Source: Candidatus Poribacteria bacterium
GTDB taxonomy: Bacteria > Poribacteria > WGA-4E > PCPOR2b
Length of the DNA: 64,000 nucleotides
Assembly (NCBI GenBank): GCA_965215015.1
Contig: OZ244042.1
Span: 5,056,001-5,120,000, forward strand
Direction of reading: 5' to 3'
Part shown: in pieces, positions 17,941 through 27,184 of the stretch
Numbering within the stretch: position 1 is the first letter of the stretch
Layout of the letters: the number at the start of each line of letters is the position of its first letter
The notes under the pieces: model-generated
Databases searched by the model: none
Told to the model about the DNA's origin: nothing
What the model saw: the letters and a program-made list of their open reading frames with translations, nothing else
Position numbers and translations under genes: made by a program

Positions 17941-20438
17941 AAGTCCTGATTGTCGCCAAAACCCGACTGGGCAGCGGCGTGTGTATAGGCGCAATTACAG
18001 AAGAGGGTGAAAGTGTGCGGCTCATCCCGTTCAACGAAGATTCGCATGACAGAGCGAATCGAGAATACGAGATTGGAGATGTTTGGGAGATTGCCTCGAG
18101 ACCAGAGACGTCTCTGATCCCGCCCCATAACGAAGACATTAGGGTTCGTGAAAAGCGGTATCTTTACCTCGCAAGCGCGAGCGAGTTGGAAGGGGCTATT
18201 GAACGCTTCATGCCGCCGAAAATCGGGGGGCCAACCGTGCTTTATGAGGGCTTGTTGCAATCGACAGGAAGTGGTGCCCTCTACATTGCCAAGCAGAATG
18301 ATATCCCACCGTACAGCACGACGTTTTGGCGACCGGATCAGCCGCTCAGTCGTGATACGGAAGGAAAGCGCGTGCGGTATCGCTATCCTACCAACAATGG
18401 CGGTTCTACACTGACCTTCGTTGGTTTCCAAGAACCGCTTGAAGTCATTCCCGCAGGCACACTCATGCGTGTCTCTCTAGCACGTTGGTGGCGACCAGAA
18501 GATACGCCAGATGCAGAGGGATGCTGTTACGCACAACTTTCTGGCTGGTTTCTCGCAGAAGAACCTAAACGTCCCATTGAAGTGGAATCTCCTCGACCTC
18601 AAACGCCGCTTCAAACGCCCTTAGAAATTCTCAAAAATGTTTTTGGGCATGAGGCGTTCCGACCATTACAGGAGCAAATCATCAACCATATCTTCAACCG
18701 GCACGATGCGTTGATTGTTCTGCCGACGGGGGGGGGTAAGTCGCTTTGCTACCAGCTCCCTGCCCTTATCTTCGAGGGCGTAACCGTTGTTGTATCACCG
18801 CTGATTTCGCTTATGCAGGATCAGGTAATGCAGTTACAACAGAGGGGTATTCATGCCGCTTTTCTCAACAGCACTCTCAGCCATCCAGAATATATTGCTA
18901 CGATGCAACGTGTCAGACAGCGGGAAGTCAAGCTACTTTACGTTGCTCCTGAAACGCTCATGCGACCTGAAATTTTGTTGATGCTTGATGAATCAAATGT
19001 GGCATGTCTGGCGATTGATGAAGCTCACTGTATTTCACAGTGGGGGCACGATTTTCGTCCAGAGTATCGACAACTGGTTTCCATTCGTGAACGATTCAGG
19101 AACGCTGTCTGTGTTGCACTCACAGCTACTGCTACACAGCGAGTTCGACAGGACATCAAACAATCGCTCACAATTCAAGAGGGAAATGAGTTTATTGCCA
19201 GCTTTAACAGAGAAAATCTCTTCATCGCCGTTGAACCGAAGGTTGATTTGTCTAAGCAAACGCTGGAGTTTCTCAATGCCCACCGTCATGAATCGGGCAT
19301 CATCTACTGTCAAACGAAGAGGCGGGTTGAATCCTTGTCTCGTGAACTAGTTGAACAGGGAATTTCGGCACTCCCCTATCACGCAGACTTGGATAGCGAA
19401 ACGCGCAAGCAGAATCAGGATGCCTTTATCAACGGTGATACTCAGGTAGTAGTGGCAACAATTGCCTTCGGTATGGGGATTGATAAAGAGGATGTGCGCT
19501 TCGTGCTACATGCGGGTTTGCCAAAGGAACCTGAATCTTACTATCAGGAGATTGGGCGTGCCGGACGAGACGGAAATCAGGCAGAGTGTCTATTACTTTT
19601 TAGCTATGGCGATGTAAACACCATCCACCATTTCATCGATCAGGGCGCGCCCTCTGAGCAAGAAGGGCGATTGAAACGCTTGCAGACGCTTGTTAATTGG
19701 GCAACTTCTACAGCGTGCCGCCGCAAAGGGGTACTGGCTTATTTTGGAGAGCAATACGAGAATCACAATTGTGGGATGTGTGATAACTGCTGCCAAGCGG
19801 AAATGGACCGGGTTGATTTGACGATACCCGCTCAAAAATTTCTATCATGTGTTGTTAGGACGGGTCAGATTTTTGGGGAAGTGTATATTATCGATGTCTT
19901 GCGCGGATCAAAAGCGCAAAAGGTTATTAAGAACGGTGCCGATAAACTCTCCGTCTACGGCATCGGTACGGAGTACAGCAAAGAACAGTGGAAACGTCTG
20001 GCGTTACAATTTCTCCAATATGGTCTTCTTAATCGAGATTCACAACATGGGAGCCTGCGTTTGACGCAGAGAGGATGGGCAGTACTCAAAAGTAAAGAAC
20101 AGTTCCAAGGGGTTCCGGTGAATTCGGTAAACCACATGGCTGAAGAACCGAATACTTATGAAAAGACCGCCGAAAAATCAAACGAATACAACCATGAACT
20201 TTTCGAGCAACTTCGCGCGACCCGCAGAGAGTTAGCAGATGCTGAACATGTCCCGCCATACATTGTTTTCCAAGACAGGCCGTTACGAGAGATGGCTGCC
20301 CAATTACCACAATCGGTGGAAGCATTCATACAGATTCACGGCGTCGGTGCTGCGAAAGTTGAGAAATACGCCGATGTTTTTTTGCCTATCATTCGCGCCT
20401 ATTGCCAAGAACACGGATTGATGGACGGGAATCGGTAA
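17937..20438 (+). CDS. recQ: RecQ DNA helicase with an N-terminal ~210-aa putative dual OB-fold domain
   Basis: PTGGGKS, DEAHCISQWGHDFRPEY, QEIGRAGRDG, Zn site CRR...CGMCDNC, RQC and HRDC. N-terminus MKVLIVAKT....VCIGAI resembles stand-alone OB proteins of DUF488 operons. ATGA-coupled to the upstream gene. Confidence 0.88.
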   Translation: MKVLIVAKTRLGSGVCIGAITEEGESVRLIPFNEDSHDRANREYEIGDVWEIASRPETSLIPPHNEDIRVREKRYLYLASASELEGAIERFMPPKIGGPTVLYEGLLQSTGSGALYIAKQNDIPPYSTTFWRPDQPLSRDTEGKRVRYRYPTNNGGSTLTFVGFQEPLEVIPAGTLMRVSLARWWRPEDTPDAEGCCYAQLSGWFLAEEPKRPIEVESPRPQTPLQTPLEILKNVFGHEAFRPLQEQIINHIFNRHDALIVLPTGGGKSLCYQLPALIFEGVTVVVSPLISLMQDQVMQLQQRGIHAAFLNSTLSHPEYIATMQRVRQREVKLLYVAPETLMRPEILLMLDESNVACLAIDEAHCISQWGHDFRPEYRQLVSIRERFRNAVCVALTATATQRVRQDIKQSLTIQEGNEFIASFNRENLFIAVEPKVDLSKQTLEFLNAHRHESGIIYCQTKRRVESLSRELVEQGISALPYHADLDSETRKQNQDAFINGDTQVVVATIAFGMGIDKEDVRFVLHAGLPKEPESYYQEIGRAGRDGNQAECLLLFSYGDVNTIHHFIDQGAPSEQEGRLKRLQTLVNWATSTACRRKGVLAYFGEQYENHNCGMCDNCCQAEMDRVDLTIPAQKFLSCVVRTGQIFGEVYIIDVLRGSKAQKVIKNGADKLSVYGIGTEYSKEQWKRLALQFLQYGLLNRDSQHGSLRLTQRGWAVLKSKEQFQGVPVNSVNHMAEEPNTYEKTAEKSNEYNHELFEQLRATRRELADAEHVPPYIVFQDRPLREMAAQLPQSVEAFIQIHGVGAAKVEKYADVFLPIIRAYCQEHGLMDGNR

Positions 20439-20444
20439 GAGATG

Positions 20445-20770
20445 CTAGTGGTCACCAACGGAAAGCGGAAATGCTTTAGTGCCTTCCATGCTGCATCGGC
20501 TTGCCGGAACGTAAGGAAAGTGTGCATCAGTCGATATCCGTCCTTTCGGATTGGGCAAGCCGGAGGTAATCGTCGGTTCGGCCGGATTGAAAATACAGCT
20601 CAAGCAGGAGCCTAACAAGTGTAGTGAGTAGAGGTTCAAGAGAGAATGCTGTCCGGAGCGTGAATGTAGGTCAACAGGGGCGAGGCAGGCAATATGTTTA
20701 CAATCTCCTCCCCAGTCGTATGGGCAAGAACAGCGGTAGCGTCCGAAGTGGACGTTTTGGGAACATGACG
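20445..20770 (-). pseudogene. SWIM zinc-finger protein remnant
   Basis: YRCSCPYDWGGDCKHIA (CxC...CxH) at 20689-20738. A further fragment LLLELYFQSGRTDDYLRLA lies in another frame. Confidence 0.55.
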
Positions 20771-20773
20771 TGT

Positions 20774-21868
20774 TCACTCCCAACCGAAGGTAGTGCGTAC
20801 GTATTGATGAGATGCCTGCCGGAGACCATACCACCTATCCTTTCCCCAAATTTCTAGGGGCAGGCTTGAATGCCCTGTGTCTTCCTTCAATTCCGCTTGG
20901 ATAAGCCGCTGGGCTTCTCGCGAAGCACCACACAGCACAATAGCCCGTGCTTCAATACCACCGAGTTGCCTCATCCGTAAAATAGCCTCCATCCCTTTTT
21001 GTTTCACCACGGCATGTTCATAAGCAAGGGTGCACGAAATGACAACAATTTCGTACCCCAGTACTGCAACCACGTCAAGTTCAAAAGGTTTAACGCTTGC
21101 GTCTGTCGCGCCGGCTCGCCGCACAAACACCCTGTGGAAAAGTTTATAGTTCTGTCGATCTGGGCTCCGCCGAGAAATATCTGTCAAGGCATACTGAAAA
21201 GCGTCATACGCACCGTATTCAAAAAAGTTGGGGGTGAGAGTCCAATCGTTCCTCAGGGCCGCAAAACCTTTAGCCAACTGTTGTTCGCTGAGGGTTCCGG
21301 GGGCCGGGCAGTCTTTCGTCTGATTGTTACCCGAATCATCCCAGTATTCGTAAGAAAACGGACCGATTTCAAAGCCGTTGAGTTCGGCAATGCGACGCAG
21401 ACATGGCTCGACTCCCTTCCGGGTATCTGAGACTAAGGCATTTCCCGCCCGGTCCATGAGGGCCGCGCCTGAGTCAGCCCGTGCATCTAGATAGGAGGTT
21501 TCTAAGTCAATAGTTGTCGATAAAGCGGCTTTAACAACTTCTGCAGCTGCAACAGTTTCAACGCACATTACCTTGGTGCCGCCGGTGTAGTGCACATGAA
21601 TGCGATTGGTATTGGCAGGTAGGTTGTTCTTGAGATTCCGTGTAATGTCGTCGCGTACAGTGGATGGGTTCCCAGACACCGTTTCAACAGCATCAATAGA
21701 AAACGCGTTGCGGCAATACTGCAGCAACCGGTCCCGCTCCGCCTTTGTTTCCTCCGTATGCACAAGTCGTACATGAATTGGATGGGGCAGGTTATCTTTC
21801 AAATGATGCAGTGCCACCCAGACAGGTAGCGGATTGGTTCCAACGGTAAGAATAAGGAGTGTTCCCAT
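20774..21868 (-). CDS. CARF + PD-(D/E)xK nuclease, Card1/Can2-like CRISPR ancillary effector
   Basis: CARF motifs LLILTVGTNPLP and HYTGGTK; nuclease motifs FE...ELDVVAVLGY..VVISCT, K...E...RQLGG. Confidence 0.8.
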   Translation of the reverse strand: MGTLLILTVGTNPLPVWVALHHLKDNLPHPIHVRLVHTEETKAERDRLLQYCRNAFSIDAVETVSGNPSTVRDDITRNLKNNLPANTNRIHVHYTGGTKVMCVETVAAAEVVKAALSTTIDLETSYLDARADSGAALMDRAGNALVSDTRKGVEPCLRRIAELNGFEIGPFSYEYWDDSGNNQTKDCPAPGTLSEQQLAKGFAALRNDWTLTPNFFEYGAYDAFQYALTDISRRSPDRQNYKLFHRVFVRRAGATDASVKPFELDVVAVLGYEIVVISCTLAYEHAVVKQKGMEAILRMRQLGGIEARAIVLCGASREAQRLIQAELKEDTGHSSLPLEIWGKDRWYGLRQASHQYVRTTFGWE

Positions 21869-22038
21869 AACGGCAGTTTCTCCGTTTTTTTTCAAGACGG
21901 TCAACAAATGCTTGCCGGCCGCGGAAAATGTTGCTTTTGTATTGCGGCATCTTTAGAGGTTCTTGGGTGGTTTAGGTGAAGGGTAACGAGCGAAGCGGAA
22001 GTTTCGGAACATAGGAGGAGTTAGGGTTTTATTTTTTT

Positions 22039-23298
22039 CTATGTCAATGTCCTACCAACGAGCCTGTCAAGATCTGTCAGAATACCTTGGACCTCGCAAA
22101 TATCTGCTTTTGCCGAACTTTTAATTGACCGACCTCGCAGATTCCGGATTGGCATTCCGCAATGAGCGAGTTCATTTCTCAGATTTCTCGCCCGCTCCCA
22201 CAACTGTAGACACCAACTCCTTTCTGGAAAATTCCCACCCCCTAAAATAGCAAAAGGATTACCTTCTGATTTGGCATTGACCCAAAGATTGAGGTCCTTT
22301 TCAGTCTTTTCACGATCACTACTCTTCAACCAATCACGTTCAAGTTGAACGCAAGTCCATGAAATGAGCCATTCCCGGGTTAAGGTAACGGCTTGTAGAT
22401 ATTGTTGATTCTCAGCGTACCATTGAATCTGTTTGTGCTGCTTCCGGAGACTTTCACAGTCATTGTTTGGATACGTCGGATTCTGAAGGGCAAGCGGTTG
22501 GTAGGAGGCTTGGATTTGTTCGATAAGTGTATAGAAAGGTTGAACCCAGGTCGCAACATTACTTTCCGCTCCAGCAAGAGAATTAGACAAATCTACCGCC
22601 GCTTTTTGAACCTCCAACGTTCGATTTGTCATCAACGCTTCTGAGAGTTTTTCTAATATTCCTGACACCCTCAATAGACCAATTGCTATTCTCTCTTCAT
22701 GGAGCTGTTTCTGAGTGTTACTCAATAATTCTGCAATCGGGCGAGCATCCCCGGTCCGTTGGAACATTGTCACAGCTCCAAGCCAGTCAAGCAAGCTGAC
22801 GAATGGAGTTAGATCAAAGACTGGCTTTTTTGGATTACTTCGTTCTACTGCCTCATAAGCCCCATAGATGACTCGTTTAATCTCCACGCCACTTTTGACA
22901 TTACGAACGTAGGCAAGGGCGAGAAATGTCAAAAACGGAAGTGAACGGAAACCATGTGTGATATCGAAAAGCACCCTGTCATTATCCTGAATCTTGTCAA
23001 CAACGATATTGAAGATTTTCCACAGTTCCGTTTCGTCTGCTCCTTCTGGAATTGAAACAGGAACCACTTCCGTTCGTTTACCCAGTAATTCACTCAGAAA
23101 TGCCAACCGTCCGGTCGAAATCTTATCTGAAACGGGTTCCTGTGCTGCCAAATCGGTAGTGAACATATACAACAATTCTGGCTCGAAAAATTCGACAATC
23201 GCTTCAGCAAAAAACCGAGTTTTGCACGACTCCCTTCCTTCAAAGGTGTAGATACTTTCGTAAAGGGGGCCAATTCCTAGGAATGTGAAGGCTTTCAT
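22039..23298 (-). CDS. csx1: Csx1 (TM1812/DxTHG-type) CARF-HEPN ribonuclease
   Basis: FTFLG start, FDITHGFRSLP, YGAYE, FDLTPF, HEPN RNELAH. Confidence 0.88.
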   Translation of the reverse strand: MKAFTFLGIGPLYESIYTFEGRESCKTRFFAEAIVEFFEPELLYMFTTDLAAQEPVSDKISTGRLAFLSELLGKRTEVVPVSIPEGADETELWKIFNIVVDKIQDNDRVLFDITHGFRSLPFLTFLALAYVRNVKSGVEIKRVIYGAYEAVERSNPKKPVFDLTPFVSLLDWLGAVTMFQRTGDARPIAELLSNTQKQLHEERIAIGLLRVSGILEKLSEALMTNRTLEVQKAAVDLSNSLAGAESNVATWVQPFYTLIEQIQASYQPLALQNPTYPNNDCESLRKQHKQIQWYAENQQYLQAVTLTREWLISWTCVQLERDWLKSSDREKTEKDLNLWVNAKSEGNPFAILGGGNFPERSWCLQLWERARNLRNELAHCGMPIRNLRGRSIKSSAKADICEVQGILTDLDRLVGRTLT

Positions 23299-23396
23299 GC
23301 AAGTTGGCTCCTTGAAAACTTCATAATAGTTTCCGTTATCCAAACGCTGAGCTATAGAATCACCTTGCCAATTTTTCCTGTTCCATCAACCATTCA

Positions 23397-24692
23397 TTAC
23401 CTATATTCCCAAAATGTAAGCGTTCCCTCGTCAGCGTTCGGTGTGTAATGAAAGTGTGATGGAACGACAACCGATTCAAGGTTCCCATCACTTTCTTCGA
23501 GTTGATTGGAAATCCCTATCAACTCCTCTTGTACACCCACCAATTCGTCCGATGGTAATTTTTTAAGGATTTTGCGAAATGTGGTACTGTAGGTAAGCCG
23601 TGGCAGTTCCAAAATTCTTGACGAAATCAGACTCGCTTTTAAATTATCCCAGATCCATTTTCCAAAGTCCGATACCATCGCATAATCCTCGACCGGGGTA
23701 ATCAAGGTTTCGTGGATTCCGGTTAATTGGCTCCGTTCAATAAATTCGTCTCGTGTCGCAACCTGGGCCAACTGCGCTGCACAATTTTTTACTGATGTAA
23801 TGTCAATTAACTGTGGGTCGGGATTGGATCTGTTTGGGGAGGAAAACTGTGCACAAGCCTCGTCAAGACTAATTTGCTGCGGCTTCTCGGGATCTTCTCT
23901 AGGTGGAATCTGAAAATTCTTGTCAAGTCTGAAACTGCGCGAAACTTTATTGCGAGATGCCCTGCGGAAATACCCGTATCCGACAGCGGTCTTTGCTCCC
24001 AAGCCCTTGTCTTTTAATGTTTTGTCAACCCAATCTTGGGTGGTGTCAATCAGAGCTTGTTCCTTCGCCAAGATCACAAATCGAAAAGCTGTTTGCCCAA
24101 CAGTCAAAAAGTTAATTGGGATTGGATTCTGCGTATCCGTAGGTAGCTTTGTACCTGTGTAGTAATCAGGAAAATGCGGATTCATTATATCAAGCGAAAG
24201 AGTTACATTGTCTATCGGATAAGCAGGGAGAAATTGTACATCTCCCGAGGATTCTTGGCTGCCGAAAACAGAAAGAAAATTACCGTCTTTCATTGCCAAA
24301 CTTTCCTCGTTACCGAACTTCTCCTGAATTACCCAACTCCGCACAACACCCTTAAAGGCACTTCCAGGGATATAAGGGATACCGTAGACATGGTCAAGCG
24401 TCATGTTAGTTTCCTGAACATGTTCGCCACCAAGCCCGATAATCATCCGCCAATCTACCTCGTAGAACTCACAGAAATAGCGGTAACTCTTTATCAGATA
24501 ATTAAGTTGATTCGTTTGACGATCTCGGAGATGAGCAATCGCCCTCTGTGAATCGCCAAGTTCCGTTGATTCAATTGAAAACTTAACTTTTCCATCTTCA
24601 TAATTCAAGAAATACTGATAACGGAGCGCAAAGTTTGAAATTTGATTTCGATTAACGAGGTTTCGCGTGTCAGAAGGACAATAAATTTGCAT
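23397..24692 (-). CDS. cmr6: Cmr6 RAMP protein with ~185-aa C-terminal extension
   Basis: GIPYIPGSAFKGVVR, DIMNPHF, NPIPINFL, GLGAKTAVGYG. Confidence 0.9.
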   Translation of the reverse strand: MQIYCPSDTRNLVNRNQISNFALRYQYFLNYEDGKVKFSIESTELGDSQRAIAHLRDRQTNQLNYLIKSYRYFCEFYEVDWRMIIGLGGEHVQETNMTLDHVYGIPYIPGSAFKGVVRSWVIQEKFGNEESLAMKDGNFLSVFGSQESSGDVQFLPAYPIDNVTLSLDIMNPHFPDYYTGTKLPTDTQNPIPINFLTVGQTAFRFVILAKEQALIDTTQDWVDKTLKDKGLGAKTAVGYGYFRRASRNKVSRSFRLDKNFQIPPREDPEKPQQISLDEACAQFSSPNRSNPDPQLIDITSVKNCAAQLAQVATRDEFIERSQLTGIHETLITPVEDYAMVSDFGKWIWDNLKASLISSRILELPRLTYSTTFRKILKKLPSDELVGVQEELIGISNQLEESDGNLESVVVPSHFHYTPNADEGTLTFWEYR

Positions 24693-25090
24693 CAGTTATC
24701 CCCCTCCACCTCTTTCATTAGTCCATCAACGAAACGCCGAACCCAATTCAACAATGCCAACGTCTCTATCGTAATCCGGCGATATTCGTTGGAGGACTTA
24801 CGAATGACAACCTCAACGAGTTCGCTATTTTCATCCAATTTAATTAGCTGTTTGTAGGCTAGCCATTTGCCAATCGTATCATATAATTTTGTGTTTCCGT
24901 CATCTCGCTTGTTGATGAATGCCAATGCCTGTCCAAGCCCATTGGTTTTAATTAGCACTGGCAGTTTTTTCGCACCGGATTTGTACTTTTTCTTTAGATC
25001 TCCGTTAGAATTTTGGGCTATCTCCTTAACGCGATCATAAGCGAAGGCCGCACGTCCCTGTTCAATGCCTCGGATGCTGTTTTGGTTCAT
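24692..25090 (-). CDS. cmr5: Cmr5 small subunit
   Basis: EQGRAAFAY, KLPVLIKTNGLGQALAF, YRRIT.ETLALLNWVRRF. Confidence 0.9.
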   Translation of the reverse strand: MNQNSIRGIEQGRAAFAYDRVKEIAQNSNGDLKKKYKSGAKKLPVLIKTNGLGQALAFINKRDDGNTKLYDTIGKWLAYKQLIKLDENSELVEVVIRKSSNEYRRITIETLALLNWVRRFVDGLMKEVEGDN

Positions 25091-25100
25091 TTCTGCCTCC

Positions 25101-26075
25101 TTAATCTTCGTAAATTTTCGTCCTAACAATCCCTTTACCGATTGTTGCGTTCCCCCCCAGTTGAATTACATCTGGCAGCCCGTCTTCAAAGAATTCCATC
25201 ACCTTTTTCGACTCATCGTGCTTCTCCTCTTTCTCCTGATCTGTCAACTGGAAGATGCCTTTATCGGCACCATTTTCCTGAAAGATGGGTGTGGTTAAGG
25301 CGAGCGAGTAAAGAATCGAATCGGAGGGAAGATATTCTTCGTACCACAAAGCACCCTCTTGCACAGTTCCGGTTTCTTGGTTAATCTTGATTCGTGCGAT
25401 GACCTCCGTTGAGAGCGTGACGAAATCGCGAAAATCATCATCACTCAACACAACGAGATCTGTCCGCATTTTTTCGCGCCAATAACTGTACTCGTCATCC
25501 GCAGGTAGGACCCGTTCTGAGAGCCAATTTGCTAACTCATTTACGGTCTGATTGGTTTCAACATCAAAGGTGTACTCTTCTAGCACAATCTTTTTATCAG
25601 CGACAATAAGATTTGAGTCATCGGGGAGGCAGTTGGTGCTCGTGATGGAGTGTTGGAAGTCTGTATTACAGATTTGAAGGTCCTGTTTGAACCGCTCAAG
25701 CACAGCAGGGCAGGTTATCCACCCAAAGACACCCGCAACTGACTTGACAGGAAAAAGCAGCAAGCGAGCATCGGTAAATCCTAAGGCCCCTGCGTACAGA
25801 TCGCCTTGCTCAGGGCCAAACGTTAAACTAATAGCTTCCTTGTAGTTTTCATCCTTTTCAGAAGTGATGTTCCAGCCGCGTTCAAGCTGTGCCAAATTGG
25901 GCTGGGTGCTGAAAACTTCCCGAATCCCACCCTTGATGCCAGATGCCTCGATCTTGGGATAGTCCGTATGTTTTTCGCGTTGGATCGGCAAATCAACGAT
26001 GCCGAGATCGCTACCACTTCCCGCGTGCAGTGATGTTTCAACGATTAAAAACATAGGCTTTGCGGATTTGAACAT
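25101..26075 (-). CDS. cmr4: Cmr4 RAMP backbone nuclease
   Basis: LHAGSG..LGIVDLPIQRE (catalytic Asp present), LWYEEYLP, QLGGNATIGKG. Confidence 0.93.
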   Translation of the reverse strand: MFKSAKPMFLIVETSLHAGSGSDLGIVDLPIQREKHTDYPKIEASGIKGGIREVFSTQPNLAQLERGWNITSEKDENYKEAISLTFGPEQGDLYAGALGFTDARLLLFPVKSVAGVFGWITCPAVLERFKQDLQICNTDFQHSITSTNCLPDDSNLIVADKKIVLEEYTFDVETNQTVNELANWLSERVLPADDEYSYWREKMRTDLVVLSDDDFRDFVTLSTEVIARIKINQETGTVQEGALWYEEYLPSDSILYSLALTTPIFQENGADKGIFQLTDQEKEEKHDESKKVMEFFEDGLPDVIQLGGNATIGKGIVRTKIYED

Positions 26076-26092
26076 AATGGTCTCCTTCATCA

Positions 26093-27184
26093 CTATTTTG
26101 ACACTGCGCCAACGTATGCAAGCCCAAACCCCTCCTGTGTACGTTGGTCGCCAATGTTTTTGTAATGCAAACAATCTAAAATTGCATCGGTTTTTTCGTC
26201 GTTGATCAACCGAAAATAGTAAACACTCCCAGCAGGTACCGCGCGATACGCCTGTTTGGGACGGCGGTGTGCAACATCCCAACCCCCAATAGTCACGTAA
26301 TTCCCTACCGCGGCAGTAATTAACTCAATATCCCCGTAAAAACACTCAGGCAACCAACCATCATTAAAAATCGCATGGGTTGCTAAATAGAGTTTGAATT
26401 TTCCAGAGTCACGCACCATGTCTCGGATTGTGGAACGGTCATCAACCGAAATCGGGTCAGGCTTCTGGGAAGCTACCTCGTAGGTAAAACCTTTGCCCTC
26501 GCCGCCAAGTTTTATCAGTCCACTTTTAGGAAGCCGATCAATTCCATCAACATCAACGACAAATCCGAATTCCGAATTGCGGAAGCGTTTCAGGTTAATT
26601 CGATAAAGCATACTTTCGTCAGTTGCCAGCGTTCTGTGGCTTCGGGCGATACCCACCTTCGGTTCATCCATGATAAAACTCGACTCTTCTGATGTTAGGC
26701 CCGAAGTTTCACCGAGCAGATATTTCCGCAAGTTATCGTACGAGATATAGCCACCTGCATGTTCAACCTGCATTTCGGAATTGTCCCATGTCAGGAGGGT
26801 GGACAATTTGGAACTTGAAGGAAACGTGTCGTGCTGTGATTCGATCGATAGCGGATATAGTATCGCGTTTCCCGATTTCTTTTCGGATACCAAGTCGCGT
26901 GGGGTTGGATAGTAAAGAGGTCCATCGCCGCGTCCTAAAAACACTCCCTTGATTTGGATTGATGCACCCGCGAGCGACTGTTTTGTACCAATAATTGATT
27001 TCATCTCACCACTGGTAAACTGTGCCATATCGCCGCAGAAAGCGATATAAGCGGTTCGCAATGCACCCATTACAGTTGAAGGAAATGGAGTGTCAATTGA
27101 GTAACCCTCCGATTGCTCTCCCCGTGTAAAGGGACGGCCATCTCGGAAGAAAAAGGTATCATTCGGTTTCAGAAACAGTCTCAT
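26093..27184 (-). CDS. cmr3: Cmr3
   Basis: PNDTFFFRDGRPF, PFPST..GALRT, LGGEGK, GGWD, AVPAGSVYYF, EGFG. Confidence 0.92.
   Translation of the reverse strand: MRLFLKPNDTFFFRDGRPFTRGEQSEGYSIDTPFPSTVMGALRTAYIAFCGDMAQFTSGEMKSIIGTKQSLAGASIQIKGVFLGRGDGPLYYPTPRDLVSEKKSGNAILYPLSIESQHDTFPSSSKLSTLLTWDNSEMQVEHAGGYISYDNLRKYLLGETSGLTSEESSFIMDEPKVGIARSHRTLATDESMLYRINLKRFRNSEFGFVVDVDGIDRLPKSGLIKLGGEGKGFTYEVASQKPDPISVDDRSTIRDMVRDSGKFKLYLATHAIFNDGWLPECFYGDIELITAAVGNYVTIGGWDVAHRRPKQAYRAVPAGSVYYFRLINDEKTDAILDCLHYKNIGDQRTQEGFGLAYVGAVSK

Noticed and set aside
17643-18431. Long antisense and overlapping ORFs (e.g. this 262-aa one, 8628-9218, 41472-42014)
   Set aside because: Shadows of well-supported genes with no recognisable motifs.
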